A stretch of DNA of 64,000 nt from positions 35,142 to 99,141 of the forward strand of contig JBFLXH010000007.1 in the NCBI GenBank assembly GCA_040757295.1, in the 5' to 3' direction. This DNA comes from Bacillota bacterium (GTDB lineage: Bacteria; Bacillota; PH28-bin88). The notes under the pieces were generated by a model. The model saw nothing but the letters and a program-made list of their open reading frames with translations, did no database searches and was not told the origin of the DNA. The position numbers and the translations under genes were made by a program. Shown piece after piece: positions 16,854 through 27,332 of the stretch (position 1 is its first letter; each line of letters opens with the position of its first letter).

Positions 16854-17609
16854 GTGGAAGAAAAGTCCATGACTATTGTGGAACACTTAGAAGAATTGAG
16901 GAAGGTTGTCGTGGTTTCAATTATTGCTGTTTTGATTTCAACCATGGCAATTTTTTTCCTATTTCGCGATCTCCTATTTATGGCGGCCATCAAGCCATTA
17001 GCTGATTATGGCATACAGGTTGTTTTCATTGGGCCGACAGAAGCTTTGTTTTCCAAACTAAAAATAAGTATCTTCGCTGGCCTTTTTGTCTCTTTGCCGG
17101 TTATTTTATGGAAGATATGGAGCTTTGTGGTCCCGGCTCTGCATACCAATGAGCGGCGGTATGTTTACTTGTTAGTTCCTACATCCTTGCTGCTATTTCT
17201 GCTGGGAGTTTCTTTTGCTTACTTTACAGTTCTACAAGTCGCCACCAGATTCTTACTCGTAATTGCTGCTGAAGGATTAGAACCCATGATTACTGTAAGT
17301 AAATACATTTCTTTCTTAGTCTCCTTTTTACTCCCATTCGGGGCCGTTTTTGAGCTGCCATTAATAGTCTTTTTTCTGACCCATATTGGTATAATAAACC
17401 ACAGTTTTTTGGCAAGGAATCGTAGATATGCAATACTAATTACCTTTGTTTTAGCCGCTTTGTTAACACCCCCGGATGTAGTGTCCCAAACCCTCTTGGC
17501 TGGGCCAATGGTTATTTTATATGAAATCAGTATTTGGGTTTCCCGTGTGGCAAAACCTAAACCTAAGTTGGAAAATTCCGTTGCAAAAGAAACTTCCTCA
17601 AGGGATTAA
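16854..17609 (+). CDS. tatC: twin-arginine translocase subunit TatC
   Basis: Six-TM TatC family (EHLEELRKVVVVSIIAVLIS..., LTPPDVVSQ). ORF track start is GTG; the ATG at 16869 is also possible. Confidence 0.9.
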   Translation: MEEKSMTIVEHLEELRKVVVVSIIAVLISTMAIFFLFRDLLFMAAIKPLADYGIQVVFIGPTEALFSKLKISIFAGLFVSLPVILWKIWSFVVPALHTNERRYVYLLVPTSLLLFLLGVSFAYFTVLQVATRFLLVIAAEGLEPMITVSKYISFLVSFLLPFGAVFELPLIVFFLTHIGIINHSFLARNRRYAILITFVLAALLTPPDVVSQTLLAGPMVILYEISIWVSRVAKPKPKLENSVAKETSSRD

Positions 17610-17617
17610 AAATAATT

Positions 17618-18271
17618 GTGGAATTATTTAATTACCGCAAGGGAGGAAAGGCAATGCGCGGGGTAAGCGCTATAGTCCTGTCCGGCGGTAGAAGTACCCG
17701 CATGAAAGCAAACAAGGCCTTTATTGAGATCGGAAGTCAACCGCTGCTGGAGAGGATTGTTAATGACTTAAAACAGGAATTTGCTGAAGTGATTCTTTCA
17801 ACAAATGAACCTCATTTGTACCATGGGATTAATGTTAAGCTAGTACAAGACATTATCCCTTATCGCGGCCCTATAAATGGAATCCATGCAGGTCTTTCCG
17901 CCACGGCATATTCCCATGCTTTCGTTGTTGCTTGTGACATGCCCTTTATGGATGTAAAGCTGGCGGCTTTCCTGGCGGATTTGGCAGTGGGATACGATGT
18001 TGTTGTCCCTGTGGTGAATGGGCATTACCAACCCCTTTATGCAGTTTATAGCAAAGCCTGCCTTCCGTATATTGAAGAGAATCTTAAGCAGAACATTTAT
18101 CGAATTGCGGCTTTTTATGACCATGTTAGAGTACGCCGGGTCCAGGCGTCCGAAATTGAGATGCTGGTTGATAAGCACAAGGTATTTTTTAATGTAAACA
18201 CGCCAGAAGACCTTGCTAAGGCTCACGAAATGTCTAAATCAGGAGGTCGAAAAACTGGTGAAAAAAGTTAA
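17618..18271 (+). CDS. mobA: molybdenum cofactor guanylyltransferase
   Basis: LSGGRSTRM nucleotide-binding motif (start likely ATG 17654); MobA-like fold; next to mobB, moeA and moaA. Confidence 0.85.
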   Translation: MELFNYRKGGKAMRGVSAIVLSGGRSTRMKANKAFIEIGSQPLLERIVNDLKQEFAEVILSTNEPHLYHGINVKLVQDIIPYRGPINGIHAGLSATAYSHAFVVACDMPFMDVKLAAFLADLAVGYDVVVPVVNGHYQPLYAVYSKACLPYIEENLKQNIYRIAAFYDHVRVRRVQASEIEMLVDKHKVFFNVNTPEDLAKAHEMSKSGGRKTGEKS

Positions 18272-19283
18272 GGTTGAAGAGGCCATTGGGCAGGTATTAT
18301 GCCATGATATAACCAAAATAGTCCCTGGCGAATTTAAAGGAGCTGCTTTTAAGAAGGGGCACATTGTCCGGGAAGAAGATATTCCCGAGTTATTAAGCTT
18401 AGGCAAGGAGCATTTATTTATTTGGGAGATCAAGGAAGGCTATTTGCATGAAGACCAGGCAGCAGAGCGGATCGCAAGAGCTAGTGGAGGCGAAGGTATA
18501 AGTTTTTCTAGACCGGCAGAAGGCAAAATTAATTTCCGTGCAACCTATCGAGGCCTGTTAAAAGTCAATGTCCAGACCTTATTTCAGATTAACTCTATTT
18601 CCCAGGTGGTTTTGGCTACAAAGCATAACAACCGGGTAGTAGAAGAAGGAGAAATTGTGGCTGGTACTAGGGTAATTCCTATTGTAATTGACGACCAGTC
18701 TATTGAACAGGTAGAACAAATTTGCCATGACGCTGGGCCAGTAGTAGAGGTAAAACCTTTTTTTTCTAAGAAGGTTGGCATAATTACTACAGGAAATGAG
18801 GTTTACCGGGGCCGAATCCAGGATAGGTTTGGGCCTGTCGTTATTAATAAATTAGAACCCTTTGGCGCTACCCTTATCGGGCAAGAAATAGCGCCTGATG
18901 ATCCGGAAACAATTGCGAATAGCGTGAAGAAGTATTTAGCTAAAGGTGCGGAAATGATTTTAGTTACCGGGGGCATGTCTGTTGATCCGGATGATGTAAC
19001 CCCTTTAGGCATAAAACTTGCTGGCGCTCAAATTGTTGCATATGGCGCTCCCGTGTTGCCGGGTTCGATGTTTATGATGGCTTATTTGGGTGAGGTTCCT
19101 GTAATGGGCTTGCCCGGTTGTGTTATGTATGCTCGTACAACTATTTTTGACCTTGTTTTACCAAGGGTTTTAGCCGGTGAGTTTATTTGCCAAAATGATT
19201 TAATCGGTTTAGGGCACGGGGGGTTGTGCCAGGAATGCGCCCAGTGCCAATATCCTACCTGCGCTTTTGGAAAAGGATTTTAG
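18258..19283 (+). CDS. molybdopterin-binding domain protein (MoeA/MogA-like MoCF-biosynthesis domain, N-terminal extension)
   Basis: GTG start after RBS AGGAGG. Central MoCF_biosynth-like region (GIITTGNEVYRG...VTGGMSVDPDD) and a C-terminal Cys-rich tail (CQECAQCQYPTC). Confidence 0.65.
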   Translation: MKKVKVEEAIGQVLCHDITKIVPGEFKGAAFKKGHIVREEDIPELLSLGKEHLFIWEIKEGYLHEDQAAERIARASGGEGISFSRPAEGKINFRATYRGLLKVNVQTLFQINSISQVVLATKHNNRVVEEGEIVAGTRVIPIVIDDQSIEQVEQICHDAGPVVEVKPFFSKKVGIITTGNEVYRGRIQDRFGPVVINKLEPFGATLIGQEIAPDDPETIANSVKKYLAKGAEMILVTGGMSVDPDDVTPLGIKLAGAQIVAYGAPVLPGSMFMMAYLGEVPVMGLPGCVMYARTTIFDLVLPRVLAGEFICQNDLIGLGHGGLCQECAQCQYPTCAFGKGF

Positions 19284-20535
19284 GGGGAATGTAAAATTGT
19301 TTTTCAATATTCCTCTTGAGCAGGCACAAGAACTGCTCTTGTCCTGTGTAAGGCCTCCAGTTGTGGAGGAGGTAGCTTTATTAGAAGCTTTGGGACGGGT
19401 TTTAGCCAGAGATGTTTATTCAGTAGAAGATATTCCCCCCTTTGATCGTTCTCCTTTGGATGGATATGCGGTGAGGGCAAAAGATACTGAAGAAGCGTCT
19501 GCCACCGTTCCTGCACGGCTAAAAGTAATTGCTGAATTACCTGCAGGGTTGGTCTGGCCGGTACCCTTATCTCAAGGGACAGCAATAAAGATAATGACGG
19601 GCGCTCCTATTCCGCCAGGGGCAAATGCAATCATAAAGATAGAAGATGTTCAGCCTCTTGATAATGAAATTCTGATTAGGACGCCGCTGAAGCCTGACAG
19701 CAATATCGTTAAAGCAGGCGAAGACGTAAAAGCAGGAGAATTGGTTTTAAAACGGGGCAGCTTTTTGAATGCCGGTGCGATCGGCATGCTGGCAGCGGTC
19801 AACCGGGAGACGCTCCCGGTTTTCGAAAAACCAAAAATTGCAGTAATTTGTACTGGAGAAGAGCTGGTAGAACTAGGGGCTGTCAGGGGACCAGGAAAGA
19901 TTAGGAATAGCAATTTGTATGCTATAAGCGCTGCAGTTATAGAAGCAGGTGGCCAGCCAATATTAATGGGCACAGTGCCTGATCGGCTGGAAGAGATAAG
20001 TAGGGCCATGGAACAAGGCTTGGAACAGGCTGATTTGATAGTTACTACCGGTGGAGCCTCTGTGGGCGAGTATGACCTGGTTGGTGAGGCTTACAGCAAA
20101 ATAAATTCAGAGATTCTTTTTAGAAGGGTGGCTGTGAAGCCAGGGACCCCCACTCTAGCAGCAAAGAGAAGCTCTCAATTATTAGTTGGTTTATCGGGAA
20201 ACCCTGCGGCTGCTTTGATAGGCTTTGAGTTCCTTGTCCGGCCCCTGATTAAGGTTATGAGCGGCTGGTCTAGTTGTTTCAGGCCAAGAGTGGAAGCTGT
20301 CATGGCCGAGGATTTTAACAAGGCAGGTGGACCCCGCCGGTTTTTGCGGGCTATGGTTAAGAAGCAAGAGGGAAGCTACCGTGTTTTCTTAGCGGGAAAA
20401 CAAAGTCCTGGTATCTTGAAATCCATCCTCCATTGTAATGCTCTGGTAGATGTGCCTGAGGGCAGCGGTCCGTTAAAAGCCGGAGAGAAGGTTGAGGCCA
20501 TAATTCTTGCCGAAAGCGAGGTATTGACCCTGTGA
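19267..20535 (+). CDS. moeA: molybdopterin molybdotransferase
   Basis: MoeA N/linker/MoCF/C domain order; FDRSPLDGYAV, GGASVGEYD. Confidence 0.85.
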   Translation: MEKDFRGNVKLFFNIPLEQAQELLLSCVRPPVVEEVALLEALGRVLARDVYSVEDIPPFDRSPLDGYAVRAKDTEEASATVPARLKVIAELPAGLVWPVPLSQGTAIKIMTGAPIPPGANAIIKIEDVQPLDNEILIRTPLKPDSNIVKAGEDVKAGELVLKRGSFLNAGAIGMLAAVNRETLPVFEKPKIAVICTGEELVELGAVRGPGKIRNSNLYAISAAVIEAGGQPILMGTVPDRLEEISRAMEQGLEQADLIVTTGGASVGEYDLVGEAYSKINSEILFRRVAVKPGTPTLAAKRSSQLLVGLSGNPAAALIGFEFLVRPLIKVMSGWSSCFRPRVEAVMAEDFNKAGGPRRFLRAMVKKQEGSYRVFLAGKQSPGILKSILHCNALVDVPEGSGPLKAGEKVEAIILAESEVLTL

Positions 20536-21026
20536 TACCGGTTATTTCCGTTGTAGGGAAATCTGATATGGGCAAAACTACACTGCTTGAGAAGCTCATT
20601 CCTGAGCTAAAAAACCGGGGTTATCGTGTAGCCGTAATAAAACATGATGCCCATAGCTTTGATATTGACCATCCTGGAAAAGACACTTGGCGTCATGCCA
20701 GGGCAGGAGCCGATGTAGTAGTAATCTCTTCTCCTGCTAAAGTAGCTATGATCTGTAAAGTGGAAGAAGAAAAGAAATTGGATGAGATTGCTGCAATGAT
20801 CCAAGATGTTGATTTAATTATAACAGAGGGTTACAAGAGGGGAAACAAGCCGAAAATTGAAGTTTTTAGGAAAGCCAGGGGCGAAAAAGAATTGTTATGC
20901 CAACCAGAAGAACTAGTCGCCATTGCCACCGATATGCATTTTGACATTGGCGTTCCTGTTTTTTCCCTGGATGATACGGTTGGCTTGGCGCTTTTGATCG
21001 AGAATAAGTTTTTGCGAAAGGTGTGA
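20532..21026 (+). CDS. mobB: molybdopterin-guanine dinucleotide biosynthesis adapter protein
   Basis: P-loop GKSDMGKTTLLEKL; ~160 aa. Confidence 0.85.
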   Translation: MIPVISVVGKSDMGKTTLLEKLIPELKNRGYRVAVIKHDAHSFDIDHPGKDTWRHARAGADVVVISSPAKVAMICKVEEEKKLDEIAAMIQDVDLIITEGYKRGNKPKIEVFRKARGEKELLCQPEELVAIATDMHFDIGVPVFSLDDTVGLALLIENKFLRKV

Positions 21027-22009
21027 ACACCTTGCTGGATCGCTTTGGCAGGATGATTGAGTATCTTAGGGTTTCCGTTACAGATAAATGTAATTTGCGC
21101 TGTATTTACTGCATGCCGGAGCAAGGTATTTGCTCTAAGCCCCAAGAAGAAATACTGCGTTTCGAAGAGATCCTGCGTTTTGTGCAATGCGCTGCAGAAT
21201 TGGGAATTAGTAAAATTCGGGTCACGGGTGGGGAGCCTCTTGTCCGCCGGGGGATTATTGATTTTATTGGGCAGTTATCAAAAGTACCGGGTATAAAAGA
21301 GATATCGATGACTACTAACGGTACCCTCTTAAAAGATGCTGCTTGGCAGTTAAAAGAGAATGGGTTAACCCGGGTTAATGTTAGCCTGGATACCCTTAAT
21401 GCCGAAAAGTTTATGCATATGACGCGCTGGGGCAAACTAGAGGAAGTTTGGAGTGGCATAGAAGCCGCTTTGGAAGCTGGACTTACACCAGTAAAAATTA
21501 ATACGGTCATAATGAGAGGGTTTAATGATCACCAAATAATGGATTTTGTTAATTTGACTATGCGTAAACCTTTGCATGTAAGGTTTATTGAATTAATGCC
21601 TATCGGAGAAAGCGATGGTTGGTGGCAGGATGCTTTCTTGCCTGCGCGGCATGTATTAAGGTTAATTCAAAAACAGTATGACCTCAAGGTTTCTGTCGGA
21701 TTGGCCGGTAACGGGCCAGCTTCCTGCTATCAATTACCAGGCTCCCAGGGCAGTATCGGCTTTATTACGGCCATAAGTGAGCATTTTTGTTCTGCATGTA
21801 ATCGCATGCGGTTAACTTCTGATGGCAAATTGAGACCATGCTTGCAGGATAGCTATGAAGTTGATGTGAAGCCTGCGCTAAGAGGAGACCAGACAGAAGA
21901 AAAACTAAAAGAACTGATCCTGCGGGCTGTTAGCATGAAGCCTGTTCGGCACCACCTGGTTGAAGGCTGGAAAGGACAGGAACGGTTGATGTCGGACATT
22001 GGGGGTTAG
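21023..22009 (+). CDS. moaA: GTP 3',8-cyclase (radical SAM)
   Basis: CNLRCIYCMP radical-SAM cluster motif and C-terminal auxiliary cluster Cys residues; 328 aa. Confidence 0.9.
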   Translation: MNTLLDRFGRMIEYLRVSVTDKCNLRCIYCMPEQGICSKPQEEILRFEEILRFVQCAAELGISKIRVTGGEPLVRRGIIDFIGQLSKVPGIKEISMTTNGTLLKDAAWQLKENGLTRVNVSLDTLNAEKFMHMTRWGKLEEVWSGIEAALEAGLTPVKINTVIMRGFNDHQIMDFVNLTMRKPLHVRFIELMPIGESDGWWQDAFLPARHVLRLIQKQYDLKVSVGLAGNGPASCYQLPGSQGSIGFITAISEHFCSACNRMRLTSDGKLRPCLQDSYEVDVKPALRGDQTEEKLKELILRAVSMKPVRHHLVEGWKGQERLMSDIGG

Positions 22010-22055
22010 ATAAGAAACCAGATAGAACATATATATAAGGGGGGAAAAATCTCCT

Positions 22056-22511
22056 GTGGCTAAGATAGTTGCAGTATGCATAAGCGAAAAAAAAGGCGGT
22101 CGCAAGAAAAATGTTTTTTCGGGTGAACTGGTTGCTGGCCATGGGCTAAAAGGGGACGCTCATGCGGGCCCCTGGCACAGGCAAGTCAGCCTGCTGGCCC
22201 TGGAAAGCATAAAAAAAATGCAGGAAATGGGCTTGCAGGTCGGGCCGGGCGATTTTGCCGAGAATATTACAACTGAAGGGATAGAATTATGCAGCTTGCC
22301 TCTTGGCACTCTTTTACAACTAGGGACTGAGGCTGTAGGGGAAGTAACCCAGATTGGCAAGGAATGTCATACCAGATGCGCCATTTTCTATCAAGCAGGG
22401 GATTGTGTAATGCCGAGGGAGGGTATTTTTATTAAGGTTTTAAAAGGCGGCCACGTTCGGGTAGGCGATGAAGTAGCAATAATTATGGAACAGGATGGAA
22501 GGAAGCCTTAG
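22056..22511 (+). CDS. MOSC domain-containing protein
   Basis: 151 aa with the MOSC-like core (GLKGDAHAGPWHRQVSLLA...GDFAENITT) and a conserved Cys; GTG start. Confidence 0.7.
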   Translation: MAKIVAVCISEKKGGRKKNVFSGELVAGHGLKGDAHAGPWHRQVSLLALESIKKMQEMGLQVGPGDFAENITTEGIELCSLPLGTLLQLGTEAVGEVTQIGKECHTRCAIFYQAGDCVMPREGIFIKVLKGGHVRVGDEVAIIMEQDGRKP

Positions 22512-22513
22512 CC

Positions 22514-23620
22514 ATGGACTTGCTAAAAGCTTCGACATTATTGCAGGGTTTTCGCCAAGTGGTTTTCAATAAACAGCATTGCACACGAAGCATTTCCCCT
22601 CGCTCACAGTGCTCTTGGTGCTCTGATGTATGTCCGGTTAATGGCTTAAGGTTAACTTCTGAGGGGGTCATTATAGAAGACTGCATCGGGTGCGGCTTAT
22701 GTGTTGGAGCCTGTCCGGGCCAGGCTATGGTATTGCCGGCTATTAACTGGTTTGGGAGGAAGTTAGATGGAGCCGGCGATAAGGTTTATTATCACTGCCA
22801 AAAGGTAAAGGCAGAAAGCCAGGCAACTTCTCGCGGGGTTACGGTACCTTGTCTTGGAGCCATTCCTGTTGAAACCATGGTGTCAGTGGCAGCCAATTTT
22901 TCCGCGGTTTATTTTTATCATCCCCAATGCTGCAGTCAATGCGAGATCAAGAATGGTTTGTCTCTGTTTGAGGATAATGTCAAAGGCGCCAAGCGCTTGT
23001 TACAGTTGTTTAACGCCGATGATCGGCTAATTGTCCATTCTAACGAGGCTTTTTCCGGCTATTTGCCAAAACAAGAAGTGGGCCAGGTATTAAATCGTCG
23101 GGGTTTCTTTAGCATGATTGCTCTTAATGTGCGAAAAGCGCCAGCTGCGATAATTGAAGTTGCTGCTCCGGTATCTGATCCCGTTTTATCAGTTAACCAG
23201 CCAAACCGGCGAAGGGAATTAGTTTCTGCCATAAAGCGACTGGCAGTTCAGGCGGGCGGGGCTTTGCCCGAACAACTGCCTGTTATCAGTCATCAAATCG
23301 AGAGGCCCTGTTATTTATGTGGAGCATGCGCCAAGCTTTGCCCTGCTGGGGCATTGCGTTTGAACGAGGCCGAAGTTCCTATTCTTGAAGTTAATCTTTC
23401 CTTGTGTATGGCCTGTAACTTATGTCAAGATATCTGCCCACAGCGAGCAATTGCTTTTTCTTCAGCCGGAGATACTCAGGATTTGCTCAGTGAGAACTTT
23501 AAGGTCCTTGCAGCCGGTGAACAAAAGAAATGCCCCAACTGTGGTGCTGATTATGTTGGAAATTATCTTGCAGAGGTTTGCTTGCGCTGTAGATTTGCCG
23601 CCTTACGACGAGAATTTTAG
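22514..23620 (+). CDS. polyferredoxin-like multi-[4Fe-4S] protein
   Basis: At least four CxxCxxCxxxCP-type motifs (CIGCGLCVGACP, CYLCGACAKLCP, CMACNLCQDICP) plus additional Cys pairs; 368 aa. Confidence 0.75.
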   Translation: MDLLKASTLLQGFRQVVFNKQHCTRSISPRSQCSWCSDVCPVNGLRLTSEGVIIEDCIGCGLCVGACPGQAMVLPAINWFGRKLDGAGDKVYYHCQKVKAESQATSRGVTVPCLGAIPVETMVSVAANFSAVYFYHPQCCSQCEIKNGLSLFEDNVKGAKRLLQLFNADDRLIVHSNEAFSGYLPKQEVGQVLNRRGFFSMIALNVRKAPAAIIEVAAPVSDPVLSVNQPNRRRELVSAIKRLAVQAGGALPEQLPVISHQIERPCYLCGACAKLCPAGALRLNEAEVPILEVNLSLCMACNLCQDICPQRAIAFSSAGDTQDLLSENFKVLAAGEQKKCPNCGADYVGNYLAEVCLRCRFAALRREF

Positions 23621-23621
23621 A

Positions 23622-23658
23622 AACCCTGAGATATAAAGCTCAGGGTTATTATTTTTTC
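23622..23658 (+). terminator. rho-independent terminator ending Moco/ferredoxin operon
   Basis: AACCCTGAG...CTCAGGGTT hairpin followed by ATTATTTTTTC. Confidence 0.8.
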
Positions 23659-23776
23659 TGCATTTTATGGCAGGAATAACAAAATTTCTATCAAATATAT
23701 AAACAAACATTGATTTTCGCCTTTTGTAAGACCTGTACTACAAGCGCCGCTTCTGCAGGCAAGGAGGTTTTTCTCG

Positions 23777-25395
23777 TGAGGTGGAAGAGATATCTTGCAA
23801 TAGTTTTGATCATATTAGCACTTACGGTTACCGCTTGTGGGACAAAGCAACCTGAGATAAAACAACAGTCTGAGGCTGTGTTAATTTATAATTTGGGTAC
23901 TGAACCGGAAATACTTGACCCGGCTAAGGCATCGGGGAGACCGGAAATTACAGTGATGGCGGCATTATTTGACGGTTTAGTAAGGTATAATGAAAAAAAT
24001 GAACTTAATAAAGGCAGTGGAATGGCTGTTGATTGGGCCGTATCCCCTGATGGCTTGAGGTATATTTTTAAGCTGCGTCAAGACGCTAAATGGTCTAACG
24101 GGGATCCGGTGACAGCTGGTGACTTTGAATTCGCATGGAAAAGGCTGCTTGCCCCGGAAACCGGCGCTGAGTACGCATACCAATTGTTTTATTTAAAAAA
24201 TGGTCAGGAGTACAATTCGGGAAAAGTCACCGCCGATCAAGTTGGAGTTAAGGCATTAGATAGCTATACCCTTCAGGTAGATCTTGCGTCTCCGACCCCA
24301 TATTTTATTGCACTAACCGCTACAAGTAATTTGGCTCCTCTCAACAAAAAAGTGGTAGAAGCCAATCCGGATTGGCATAAGGCAGTTGAAACATATGTGT
24401 CCAACGGGCCATTTGAGTTGGTCAGCTGGCAGCACCATCAAAAATTGGAGCTGAAAAAAAATCCCAACTATTGGGATGCATCTTCGGTTAAACTTGATAA
24501 ATTGGTTATGACTATGGTTGAATCTAGAGATACAGAGCTTATTATGTTTCAAAATAATGAAATTGATATTGGGGAGAACCCCCCACTACAGGAAATGAGG
24601 AAGCTTATTTCCGAGGGAGTGGCTACAGTAATCCCTGATCCCAGCACTTATTATTACATTTTTAATACTTCAAAACCTCCCTTTGATGATGTTCGAGTGC
24701 GAAAGGCATTAGCTTACGCCATTGACCGGAAGGCAATAGTTGAAAATGTGCTTCAAGCCGGCCAAAAACCTGCGTTGGCTTTTGTTCCCTTTGGTTTTTC
24801 CGATGCGAGCGCTGAAAAAGACTTTCGTGTTGTAGGAGGTAGTTATTTTAAGGATAATGATGTAAGTGAAGCAAAAGCCCTGTTAGCTGAGGCTGGTTAT
24901 CCCGGAGGGACCGGTTTTCCAGAAATTGAATTTTTGTACAATACCAATGAAAGCCATAAAAAGATTGCCGAAGCTATTGCTCATATGTGGAAGGAAAACC
25001 TGGGAATCAAAGTTAAGCTGGTAAACCAGGAGTGGGGAATTTATTTGAACAACCGTTTTCAGGGGAATTTTCAACTTACGTGGTCCGGTTGGGGTCCAGA
25101 CTATCCGGATCCAATGACTTTTCTAGATGTATATGTATCGGATGGAGGCCATAATGAGACCGCTTGGGGTAGCGCCCAGTATGATGGGTTAATTGGACGG
25201 GCAAAGTTAAGCGGAAATAGCAAGGAACGTTTTGCTCTTATGCATGAGGCAGAAAAGATTTTAATGGATGAAATGCCCATCATGCCAATATATTATTATG
25301 TTAATGTTACCCTTTATAAGCCCTGGGTTAAGGGGGTATTTAGCCCACCCTTCGGCCCTCAGCAAGAGTTTAAGTGGGGATTGATTAAAAAGTAA
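23777..25395 (+). CDS. oligopeptide/dipeptide ABC transporter substrate-binding lipoprotein (SBP family 5)
   Basis: GTG start after AAGGAGG, lipobox LTVTAC, ~540 aa SBP_bac_5. Confidence 0.85.
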
Positions 25396-25473
25396 GCCTT
25401 AAAGGCATGAAGGGTATTTTAATACCCTTCATGTGCTAATTAGCCTAGCCTTACCTGGCCGGAGTGAAAGGTT

Positions 25474-26412
25474 GTGTTAAGGTTGGCCTTTTTTTTGTTG
25501 CGCAGACTTGTTACATGTATTCTAGCAATGCTTTTTGTTGTTACTTTGACCTTTTTTATGATGAAGGCCTTACCCGGCGGGCCTTTTTCTAAAGAGAAAA
25601 AACTGCCGCCAACGGTAATGGCCAACATTGAGGAAAAGTACCGGCTTAATGATCCCATATTTAAACAATATTCTGATTACCTTTGGCGCATCGCAAAGCT
25701 GGACCTAGGCCCTTCGTTTCGGTATCCTGGCAGCTCAGTGAATGACATTATTAAAAGAAGTTTCCCGGTGTCAGCAGCCCTTGGCGCTATTGCAGTCTTT
25801 GTTGCTCTTACTTTAGGCGTCACAACGGGGTTGGTTGCCGGGTTGCGTCCGTGTCAAATGGCTGACCGGATACTAGTCTTTGTTTCCGCTATTGGTTTTT
25901 CCGTACCTAGCTTTGTGTTGGCGGGAATGCTGCAGCATTTTTTCTCATTCCGTTTTAATTTATTGCCGGCTGCTTTGTGGGGTTCTCCACAGCATGCCGT
26001 TATGCCGGTCATCGTCCTTGCAGCCCTACCCACAGCAGTAATATCTAGGCTGGTTCGCATTCAAGTAATGGAAGTTATGCAGCAGGACTATATTATCATG
26101 GCAAAGGCCAAGGGTTTACCGTCTTGGAGGCTTATTTTGTTCCATGTGATGCCAAATGCTCTGCAGCCAGTAATAACATACTTGGGACCGCTGATTGCGG
26201 CTGTTTTCACCGGCAGTTTTGTGGTTGAGCACATTTTTGCCATTCCTGGACTTGGCAAGTATTTCGTGACTAGTATTCATAACCGCGACTATACGTTGAT
26301 AATGGGTGTTACGATTTTTTACAGTGGTTTCCTTATGGCCATGAACCTTATGGTTGACCTGATCTATGCCTTGCTTAATCCGCAGGTAAGATACCCTGGT
26401 TGGGAGGAGTAA
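25474..26412 (+). CDS. ABC transporter permease (OppB/DppB type)
   Basis: Six TM segments and the BPD_transp_1 signature region. Confidence 0.85.
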   Translation: MLRLAFFLLRRLVTCILAMLFVVTLTFFMMKALPGGPFSKEKKLPPTVMANIEEKYRLNDPIFKQYSDYLWRIAKLDLGPSFRYPGSSVNDIIKRSFPVSAALGAIAVFVALTLGVTTGLVAGLRPCQMADRILVFVSAIGFSVPSFVLAGMLQHFFSFRFNLLPAALWGSPQHAVMPVIVLAALPTAVISRLVRIQVMEVMQQDYIIMAKAKGLPSWRLILFHVMPNALQPVITYLGPLIAAVFTGSFVVEHIFAIPGLGKYFVTSIHNRDYTLIMGVTIFYSGFLMAMNLMVDLIYALLNPQVRYPGWEE

Positions 26413-27332
26413 TTCCCATGGAACCAATCACCAAAACCTTTACTCAATCCTATTTCAGGTCCCTTTTTTTACCTTTGCCAAATGCTAATTCCAGACAAGG
26501 CTCTTTTTTTCCCAACCGACCAGCTGTTTTGGGGCTTTGGCTTTTGGCTGTCGTCATAATCATTGTCTTTCTTGGGCCAATGGTCTCTAATCAAATGCCG
26601 GATCAGGTGGACCTTTCCAGGACAAACCAGGCGCCAAGCCAGGAGTATTGGTTTGGCACGGACCAACTAGGGCGAGATTTATTCACAAGGGTGTGCTACG
26701 GTGCCAGGCTGTCATTGTTTGTAGCTCTCTCTACCGCCGTGATAGTTTCATTTATTGGGGTTGTTTATGGGGGTTTTGCGGGATACATGGGTGGTTGGAC
26801 AGATGAGGTGCTGATGAGGGTTCTTGAAATAATTGCCAGCGTTCCATTCTTAATATATGCTATTCTCCTGATGACTGTCTTAGGACCTGGAGTTAATTCC
26901 CTCCTAGTTGCTCTTGCTGCCGTTTATTGGATGCCAATGGCTAGGGTAGTCCGCGGCCAGTTCATAAACCTTAAAGAAGAGGGGTTTGTTATTGCTGCAA
27001 GGGTTTTGGGCTTAAGCAGGTGGAGGATAATTCTAGGCCACATTGTTCCCAATGCTTTGGGGGTCATTATTGTATACGGCACTTTAGTTATTCCGGAGGC
27101 CATCTTTGCTGAAGCTCTATTGAGCTATATTGGCTTGGGTGTCTCTTCCCCACAATCCAGTTTGGGTTCATTGGTAGGAGATGGACTGGGCTCAATACGG
27201 CTATATCCATGGCAGCTTTTCTTCCCTGCTCTGTTTATTATTCTGCTAGTATTATCCTTAAATCTTATTGGCGAGGGTTTGCGGGAGTATTGTGACCCTC
27301 GTTTTTTCAGGCAAGGGGGGAACGGGGAATAG
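26400..27332 (+). CDS. ABC transporter permease (OppC/DppC type)
   Basis: N-terminal OppC-type region; TM-rich; 310 aa. Confidence 0.85.
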   Translation: MGGVIPMEPITKTFTQSYFRSLFLPLPNANSRQGSFFPNRPAVLGLWLLAVVIIIVFLGPMVSNQMPDQVDLSRTNQAPSQEYWFGTDQLGRDLFTRVCYGARLSLFVALSTAVIVSFIGVVYGGFAGYMGGWTDEVLMRVLEIIASVPFLIYAILLMTVLGPGVNSLLVALAAVYWMPMARVVRGQFINLKEEGFVIAARVLGLSRWRIILGHIVPNALGVIIVYGTLVIPEAIFAEALLSYIGLGVSSPQSSLGSLVGDGLGSIRLYPWQLFFPALFIILLVLSLNLIGEGLREYCDPRFFRQGGNGE

